Below the pieces are notes generated by a model. That model worked only from the letters and a program-made list of their open reading frames with translations, searched no databases and had not been told where the DNA came from. Source: a virus (Duplodnaviria; Caudoviricetes). From it: a stretch of 63,207 nucleotides of DNA. The position numbers and the translations under genes are program-made. Positions within the stretch are counted from its first letter, which is position 1, and the number at the start of each line of letters is the position of its first letter. This document shows positions 57,307 through 63,207 of the stretch, piece by piece. The stretch is from positions 1 through 63,207 of IMG/VR virus record IMGVR_UViG_3300035670_000204; one strand, 5' to 3'.

Positions 57307-59281
57307 CTTTTTCTAAACCTCCCAAAATCGAATTGTATACCTGAGCATTTGCCATTGCAGAGTTTTTATCCGCCTGCGTGAGGTTCTTAACCGCCTCGGC
57401 CAGCGTCTTACGAATCTCAGCCCGGACCATCTCAACCTGCCGGTCCTCAGTGGCTTTCGCTTGCTCAGCGCTCTGCTCATCTATACGTTGCGCCGACTCA
57501 TCATCGACCAACACCGCGCCGATATCAATGTCTCGGACGCTGAACCGCTCTTTGGCCATCTCCCGCCAGTTGATGTACTTCGCCTCTTCTGGCCGTAGGG
57601 TTTGTGCCAGCGCGTCGTACGCGATGCCCCGAACTTCCTTGGCAATCAGGCTGGATGACCCTCGCGCCATGACCTGGAAGTCGCCACGTATGTCTGGCTT
57701 ATCGTTGAAGTGCTTGTTGAACATCACCAGGCTGGATATCACGGATTGGGTGAACAAATCAAAGTTCCGAACGACATCTTTGAACGGCAACGCCGCCTCC
57801 CCACGGAGCATAGACGCCCCTGCTGCAGTGCGGAAGGGCTCCGAGGGGCCTTTCTGGATGTCCCCACCCGTTGCCTGACTCACGAAAGTCTCTTGGTCCG
57901 CGAAGTCCCGGAACAACGAAATGATATTGATAAGCTCGGGTATATGGCTATCTATATTGATACCCCGTACTGCAGGGAGCCCCGCCTCCGGGCCTGTGCC
58001 CTCCCGATACCATATTTTGTACGAATGTACGTTGGTAATATCCTGGTCAAGCCGCATCAGGTCTGTGTTGACCTCCAAATTCGGCCCACACACCACCCCG
58101 GCATTGTCCAGGGCCATACGGGAAGCCGCCGCAACGGCCATCTGGCTATCCCGCATCACTGACGGAAGGCCATTACCCAGGATACTGGACTCGTCTTCCT
58201 CAAAGACAAAATGGTGGAACGTGTTTATCCGGGAGTCCGGTTCAAGGGCCTGCCACGGGCTCAAATCGGCCTTGATTACCTCGTTCTCCAGCATCCACAC
58301 CACGGCCATTACTTGCTCTGACAACTGTTCGTCCGGGATGTCCACCCCGGCAGACCTCAAATAGTGCCCCGACACATGGCCGTCCCAAACGATTAGCTCA
58401 TACTTACGTCCAAACTGGTCATTGACGTTGAGCTGTACGCCCAGGGACTTCAGCTCCGATTCAAACGGCTTATGCTTGTAGTTGCCCTTTCTATGGTCTT
58501 TTAGGTACTGGAGTATCACGTCCCCGAAAAAGTCCTCCCTATCCGCCAGCTCCCGGAGCTGTTGCCGGGTCATGACGTAGCGTGTGAACTGCCCATCCAT
58601 ACGATGTAGGTATCGCGCCGACATATCTGGGTAGTAGTCCCAGACGGATATATGCTCAAAATGGGGCCGCATGGCCTGTACGGATATCGGTGTCAGCATC
58701 CCCGTCATCGGGTCACGACTCCACCGCCTTTGGTCCTGCATCCGCACAAACGGGCCTTTTAGGATGCCAATACCGTAAATAATGCCCGACATCAGCACTT
58801 TTCGGCACAGGGACACGTAGTCCACCATGCGGTCTCCACCCAACTCGGCAAGCTGGTCGTCCATCTCCCGTTCCAGGTTCTTTGCCCGCTCCCGAGCAAA
58901 AACCCGTATCGCCTCTTCAATCTGAGCATCCTCTACCGGCTCGTTTGGGTCCTGGGGCATGGACTGGAGCACCATGGCCAAGTCTGCCGGGTCCAGGTTG
59001 GGTACGGGAGTGGGCTGAACTGCCCAATTTCTCTGGCCGGTCGGGAAGAGCAAATTCATCAGCCGGGAGAGCATTGACACGCACTTGACACGGGTGAGCT
59101 TGGGGTACGCCTTGGACCGGTTGTTGGGCAGGGTCACGTCAGGGTCATAGATACCCTTGTACTGGCGTAGGTTGCGCATCCACTGGTGTTCAGCAAGACG
59201 CCGGTCATTTTCGTACTGCGTAAAATCCGACGATAGGCGTTGGCCTAACGCTCGTAACTTGTCTACATTCGAAGCCGCCAT
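57107..59281 (-). CDS. Portal protein
   Basis: 724 aa after terL; YGIGILKGP, VWDYYPD, ALDNA, TAAGASML. Confidence 0.9.
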   Translation of the reverse strand: MAASNVDKLRALGQRLSSDFTQYENDRRLAEHQWMRNLRQYKGIYDPDVTLPNNRSKAYPKLTRVKCVSMLSRLMNLLFPTGQRNWAVQPTPVPNLDPADLAMVLQSMPQDPNEPVEDAQIEEAIRVFARERAKNLEREMDDQLAELGGDRMVDYVSLCRKVLMSGIIYGIGILKGPFVRMQDQRRWSRDPMTGMLTPISVQAMRPHFEHISVWDYYPDMSARYLHRMDGQFTRYVMTRQQLRELADREDFFGDVILQYLKDHRKGNYKHKPFESELKSLGVQLNVNDQFGRKYELIVWDGHVSGHYLRSAGVDIPDEQLSEQVMAVVWMLENEVIKADLSPWQALEPDSRINTFHHFVFEEDESSILGNGLPSVMRDSQMAVAAASRMALDNAGVVCGPNLEVNTDLMRLDQDITNVHSYKIWYREGTGPEAGLPAVRGINIDSHIPELINIISLFRDFADQETFVSQATGGDIQKGPSEPFRTAAGASMLRGEAALPFKDVVRNFDLFTQSVISSLVMFNKHFNDKPDIRGDFQVMARGSSSLIAKEVRGIAYDALAQTLRPEEAKYINWREMAKERFSVRDIDIGAVLVDDESAQRIDEQSAEQAKATEDRQVEMVRAEIRKTLAEAVKNLTQADKNSAMANAQVYNSILGGLEKGVTPENIAAARAGSGTSTGPSAVPGGAGDPEYDDIAPRQPGEGQGEVGDLRPVGGMPLAGGGQGLR

Positions 59282-59282
59282 G

Positions 59283-60689
59283 TTAGGTCACCGCGTAGCT
59301 GTTGATAAACTTGGGGGGCGTGAAGTCCGAGGCCGACCGCCGCGCTTCCCGCTCCGTGGAGACATGATAGTACCGACATAAGTACGTAAACGCATCCGCC
59401 ACATGGCTGTGATGGTTCTTATCGGGTTCGGCGGAGCGCTTGTTGCGCTGGTCCACGGCATACCGCCAGCCACCGCCCAGGGCACGTATCAGCGCCTTGC
59501 ACCGGGGCGCAATGATAAGGGCCGGGCCTTGCTCCGTCAGCCGGGTCGTGAAGTGCTCCACGGCCTGTAGGCGGGGCTGAAGCCGGTTGTTCATATCGGG
59601 GAACACAACTTTGTACTTATGTTTTCGCAACACGTCCACCACGGAGCGTTCATCGGTCTGGTTGCGCGAGTTCGCCGCTGGGTCAGGGGCCACCAGAATG
59701 GGCTGCGTGGCGTACCGGGCCTTTATCAGCGGCCCCAGGCGGTCGGTACACAACCGGTCAGCACCGAAGTCTTCTTGTACCAGTTCATCGAACACCACCA
59801 AGCGCCCGAATAAGTCCACCTGACCGAACACCAAAGCAGAACTGACCCCAGGGTCAAAACCAATCACCATGGGCAGAAGCGGGTTGGGCCGGAGGTTGCC
59901 CTCTGCGACGTGGATGACTTTGCTGAACGTCGGGACCACCGGCTTGCCACTGAGGGAGTACCCCCACTCGACTTCGATATACTGCTTGGTCCAGGGGACA
60001 GGTTTCCCCTTGGCCTGATTTATGTAGTATCCCTCATGTCCGGGCAGGTTATCCAAGTTCTCCGCGTCGGGGGAAAACCCGCTGGGCTGCGTGAACAGGC
60101 GGGCATTGGACGGAAGATTGTCATACAAGTAGGAGAACCACCAATCATCCTCATTGCCGGGGTTGGAGCTGCCCCATATCCCCCAGTTGGTCGCCCCACC
60201 ATCTTTTGCAGGGGGGTATCGACCGCACCGAGAAGACAGGGCGTCAACGATTTCTCGGTTGATTTGGACGAACTCATCCAAGATGGCAAACGTCACTTCC
60301 AACGACAGCACACGGGCTACGTCGTCGGGGGTGTCCAGGGGGCGAAACAGGACTTCGCACTCGACATCATTAAAACGTAGGGTGAATTTACTGTCCTGCG
60401 CCCGCCAGGTCCCGGCCTCGCCGTCCTTGAACCAATAGTTCCAGCTTGTGAGGGTCGTATCCCGAAGCTGCGGCATCGTGTTACGGACAATCACCGCACG
60501 GGACCGCCGTACCCCATCCAGGGGCGAAGGGGCCTGGAGAGACGCCATATAGACCAGTTTGAAGAACAAACCCGTGGTTTTACCCGACCCAACCGGGCCA
60601 AGAATCCACGAATAGAACAGCTCACCCTCCAAATGGTGGCGAATGAAGGAGTTGACCGTTGCAGGGGGTGTATAGTCAATAGTAGCCAT
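59283..60689 (-). CDS. terL: Terminase large subunit
   Basis: GPVGSGKT, IVRNT, ILDE, GRYP, GFDPG, SHVADA. Confidence 0.95.
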   Translation of the reverse strand: MATIDYTPPATVNSFIRHHLEGELFYSWILGPVGSGKTTGLFFKLVYMASLQAPSPLDGVRRSRAVIVRNTMPQLRDTTLTSWNYWFKDGEAGTWRAQDSKFTLRFNDVECEVLFRPLDTPDDVARVLSLEVTFAILDEFVQINREIVDALSSRCGRYPPAKDGGATNWGIWGSSNPGNEDDWWFSYLYDNLPSNARLFTQPSGFSPDAENLDNLPGHEGYYINQAKGKPVPWTKQYIEVEWGYSLSGKPVVPTFSKVIHVAEGNLRPNPLLPMVIGFDPGVSSALVFGQVDLFGRLVVFDELVQEDFGADRLCTDRLGPLIKARYATQPILVAPDPAANSRNQTDERSVVDVLRKHKYKVVFPDMNNRLQPRLQAVEHFTTRLTEQGPALIIAPRCKALIRALGGGWRYAVDQRNKRSAEPDKNHHSHVADAFTYLCRYYHVSTEREARRSASDFTPPKFINSYAVT

Positions 60690-60692
60690 ATA

Positions 60693-61106
60693 TTACAGGT
60701 TTATGTTTATTTGGAAGGCATTTCCAGTGATTCCCGAATTCTGAGAGGGTTTCGGCTCGTACTCGGCCCATCGAACAGTGGACTTTATCAGGTCCGCCCG
60801 CACCGATGCAGGAATAGACGTGTCATGAATCAACTTCCACGATTCCTTCAACAGCTCTTCGGCCTGCAGCTTGGCTTTGACCTTAAAGCTCATGCCGTCT
60901 TTGGCCAAAGACTCCCGAGCGTCCGCGAAGGCTTTCACGAACAGGGGGTCCCGTATCAGGTCTTCGAAGTGGTCCTTGGTCACGCCATAGGCTTCACACA
61001 CGTCCTGTAAGGGCGCAGCGTTCATCGCCAGCTCAACGGGGAACATCGGGGGGAACCCCAACCGCGCCGGGTCCAGTACGCCGTTATGCTTCACGATTTC
61101 ATTCAT
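60693..61106 (-). CDS. terS: Terminase small subunit
   Basis: 137-aa helical protein directly before terL, ends FQININL. Confidence 0.75.
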   Translation of the reverse strand: MNEIVKHNGVLDPARLGFPPMFPVELAMNAAPLQDVCEAYGVTKDHFEDLIRDPLFVKAFADARESLAKDGMSFKVKAKLQAEELLKESWKLIHDTSIPASVRADLIKSTVRWAEYEPKPSQNSGITGNAFQININL

Positions 61107-61134
61107 GTCTAAGTCCCAGTGTTAGCTTCAGGGG

Positions 61135-61163
61135 AGTGTAGGTCACCGAGATGTATACGGCAA
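61135..61163 (-). promoter_or_regulatory. Promoter of the packaging/structural operon, TTGCCG-N17-TACACT
   Basis: 17-bp spacer, directly upstream of terS. Confidence 0.65.
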
Positions 61164-61324
61164 GAGGGGGCGCAGAGCGGGGGTAGGAAAAGGGTTACAT
61201 ATAATTATATGTATAATATGTAACTTTGAAAAAATAGGAAAATTTATGTGTGATATAGAGGTATATAGGGAGGGGGGCTGCCATTTGTAACCCCCCCTGG
61301 GGGGCCTCCAGGAAAAAAGAATTC

Positions 61325-61353
61325 TTGACGGCAGAATATATGTTTTGTTTACT
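61325..61353 (+). promoter_or_regulatory. Early promoter copy TTGACG-N17-TTTACT
   Basis: Diverged copy of the repeated promoter with an A-rich upstream element. Confidence 0.7.
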
Positions 61354-61407
61354 GAAGGTGTCGGGAGCAAGCCACTCACTAATTCACCCCCCGACGCGGA
61401 GACGAAA

Positions 61408-61596
61408 ATGAAAAGCTACGCACTACCTAAGAAGAGCCACGCCAGGTTGAATGAGTCCATGTCTTGGGAGGCCGCGTACGCGGTGACCCAAGTGGAGTGG
61501 TACCCGATACGACGACGATTCCCGAAGGACATAATACACCTGATACCAATGGAGTTGGTACTGCTCGCCATGCGCCTCAAGGCGCAGGGCAAGTAG
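61408..61596 (+). CDS. Early hypothetical protein (62 aa)
   Basis: GGAGA RBS before ATG 61408. Confidence 0.75.
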   Translation: MKSYALPKKSHARLNESMSWEAAYAVTQVEWYPIRRRFPKDIIHLIPMELVLLAMRLKAQGK

Positions 61597-62032
61597 ACCT
61601 GACCAAGGCCAAGGATGGCCACGCGCAGCCCGGCGCGTAATCCGGGCATAACCTAAACGCAAAATGAGGATTAAGACATGAAGACGTACGTTGCGACCGA
61701 CCGGCTGAACCCAAATGCCATTAACGCCCGTTATGGGCGTCCCGCAAAGGACTGTGACCGCCAACAGGTGGCGATATGGTTTCACGCAAAGGACGACGAA
61801 GAGGCTATAAGCCGCTTCATCGAGGCAATCGACGGGGGTTGGGTCGGATATTCCGACCTCAACACGACTAGGATAGAGCCGCGTTTATACCGGTCGAAAG
61901 ACTGGTATAGAAAGGGGCAGGACGCCCGCCAGGTAGGATAGACCTGACCAAGGCCAAGGATGGCCACGCGCAGCCGGGCGCGTAATCCGGGCATAACTTA
62001 AACGCAAAATGAGGATTAAGACATGAAGACGT
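61594..62032 (+). repeat. 94-bp direct repeats (61594..61687 and 61939..62032) flanking one ORF
   Basis: 92/94 identical; each runs from the upstream TAG to ATGAAGACGT. Confidence 0.95.
61678..61941 (+). CDS. Early cassette protein (87 aa)
   Basis: GAGGA RBS supplied by the repeat. Confidence 0.8.
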   Translation: MKTYVATDRLNPNAINARYGRPAKDCDRQQVAIWFHAKDDEEAISRFIEAIDGGWVGYSDLNTTRIEPRLYRSKDWYRKGQDARQVG

Positions 62033-62241
62033 TATTCACCCCAAAACACTACGATTCTTTGAGCGATTTGATGCGGGACGCCATTCACACTTCCGCCCGA
62101 CCTGGGCGGGAATCCATCGACCCGGTAACGGGGGAAGGAACCCCCGTGTTCGGCTATCACGACGGGGTCATGTACCCCGCTGTAGAGACCTGGGATGAAA
62201 TTTCCGGGGAGTGGTGGTGGGTGGCTGGTATCCCCAGCTAG
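62023..62241 (+). CDS. Early cassette protein (72 aa)
   Basis: GAGGA RBS supplied by the repeat. Confidence 0.8.
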   Translation: MKTLFTPKHYDSLSDLMRDAIHTSARPGRESIDPVTGEGTPVFGYHDGVMYPAVETWDEISGEWWWVAGIPS

Positions 62242-62252
62242 CCCGCCCCACC

Positions 62253-62283
62253 AACCCCGCCAAGGAAGGCGGGGTTTTTATTT
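62253..62283 (+). terminator. Repeated intrinsic terminator, copy 1
   Basis: AACCCCGCC-AAGGAA-GGCGGGGTT-TTTATTT. Confidence 0.85.
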
Positions 62284-62366
62284 GCCTATCGAACAGGCCC
62301 CCAACCCAATGGGTATAGTAGTGGCGGGGCTTACGTATACGCATTACATATACGGGGGCATAACGC

Positions 62367-62395
62367 TTGACGACAGAACATACGTTTTGTTTACT
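62367..62395 (+). promoter_or_regulatory. Early promoter copy TTGACG-N17-TTTACT
   Basis: Identical to 67..95. Confidence 0.7.
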
Positions 62396-62456
62396 AAAGG
62401 TGTCGGGAGCGAGGTGCTTCCGACCTAATTTAATCAGTCATTCGGGAGATAAATCC

Positions 62457-62963
62457 ATGAGCGCATACGAATTCAACATGTCCTTCCCCCGCAACCTGAG
62501 CGCCCTGAGTGGGCTGTTGGGGTACTTCTACCCGGTAACCGGGTGGGTGGACCCGAAGAAAGAGGGCGCTATGTTGGAAATCCTCCGCAGCGCCCAATGG
62601 GGGCGCAGCGAGGAAGATAACGCCCACGGATGGGAGTTGATAATGAAGACCCGAAAGGGGCACGCGAGTGGATGGACGACCGCAGACATGGAGGTCGAAG
62701 TCCAAGACGACGGGTACGGCCGGTGGGAGTGGTCCACGAAGCCGGAGAACCTAAAGTGGATGGACGTGGGGGCGACGGTAACCCGATGGGGCGGGTATAG
62801 ATGGGACGCATGGGAGGAGACCTACACCCAGGTGGAGGAGGGGGTGTGGGAAAGGACAGACTACTGGAGCAAGGAGGATGAAATCAGGGACGAAGAGGAT
62901 GAGGCGTGGGCGGAGGCCCGCGAATGGGAAGGATGGGACATTGAGGTGCGGCTTATGAAGTAA
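62457..62963 (+). CDS. Early cassette protein, Trp-rich and highly acidic (168 aa)
   Basis: GGGAGA RBS before ATG 62457; has its own promoter and terminator. Confidence 0.8.
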   Translation: MSAYEFNMSFPRNLSALSGLLGYFYPVTGWVDPKKEGAMLEILRSAQWGRSEEDNAHGWELIMKTRKGHASGWTTADMEVEVQDDGYGRWEWSTKPENLKWMDVGATVTRWGGYRWDAWEETYTQVEEGVWERTDYWSKEDEIRDEEDEAWAEAREWEGWDIEVRLMK

Positions 62964-62974
62964 CCCGCCGCACC

Positions 62975-63000
62975 AACCCCGCCAAGGAAGGCGGGGTTTT
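62975..63000 (+). terminator. Repeated intrinsic terminator, copy 2
   Basis: Same hairpin as 62253; 62961..63000 matches 62239..62278 at 38/40. Confidence 0.85.
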
Positions 63001-63087
63001 ACTTACTTAACACGCAGACCCCAACCCAATGGGTATAGTAGTGGCGGGGCTTACCTACATATAAATATAAATACCCTGTTTTTTGTG

Positions 63088-63116
63088 TTGACGGCAGAAC
63101 ATACGTTTTGTTTACT
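63088..63116 (+). promoter_or_regulatory. Early promoter copy TTGACG-N17-TTTACT
   Basis: One base different from 67..95; drives the ORF continuing at 155. Confidence 0.7.
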
Positions 63117-63207
63117 AAAGGTGTCGGGAGCGAGGTGCTTCCGGCGAATTTACTTACTTACTTGAGGGTACCGAAATGGCACGCAAAGCAAACAATCTGA
63201 CCGTTCC

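Noticed and set aside
61594-62032. Integron attC sites or IS ends
   Set aside because: No RYYYAAC...GTTRRRY boundaries, and no integrase or transposase in the genome.
62367-62456. TTG-initiated N-terminal extensions (also 61345, 3613, 10041, 14409)
   Set aside because: They run through promoters or upstream genes; downstream ATGs have proper RBSs.

Overview
Apparently complete ~63 kb tailed dsDNA phage genome, probably with a podovirus-type virion (N4-gp56-family major capsid protein, large portal, tail tubular proteins, 2730-aa ejected protein). The host is probably proteobacterial, judging by sigma70-type promoters and IHF consensus sites. The ends overlap (74..186 = 63095..63207, unit length about 63,021 bp). 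The + strand carries early and replication genes (61408..62963 continuing to 155..21518): a DUF3150-like/MoxR-AAA/DUF2201 vWA trio, small ORFs, family A DNA polymerase, ThyX, dCMP deaminase, HNH, Cas4-like exonuclease, VRR-NUC, SNF2 helicase, SSB-like protein, HTH and primase-helicase. The - strand carries packaging, head, tail and lysis genes (61106..21495). I saw no integrase, tRNA, CRISPR array or reverse transcriptase. The most unusual content is non-coding. (i) An early array of single-gene cassettes is bounded by repeated promoter/leader/terminator units, and the contig start is a recombinant lacking one 721-bp cassette. (ii) CsrA/RsmA-type ANGGA hairpin loops follow five early stop codons. 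(iii) A 1.45-kb AT-rich region holds TGTTTACTA iterons and IHF sites, and the same 9-mer overlaps the -10 of the early promoters. (iv) An ATATAA-W-TTATAT palindrome precedes each gene of the AAA/vWA trio. (v) A ~70-nt antisense sRNA has its own promoter and terminator. All protein family calls come from motif recognition by eye; no database search was run.
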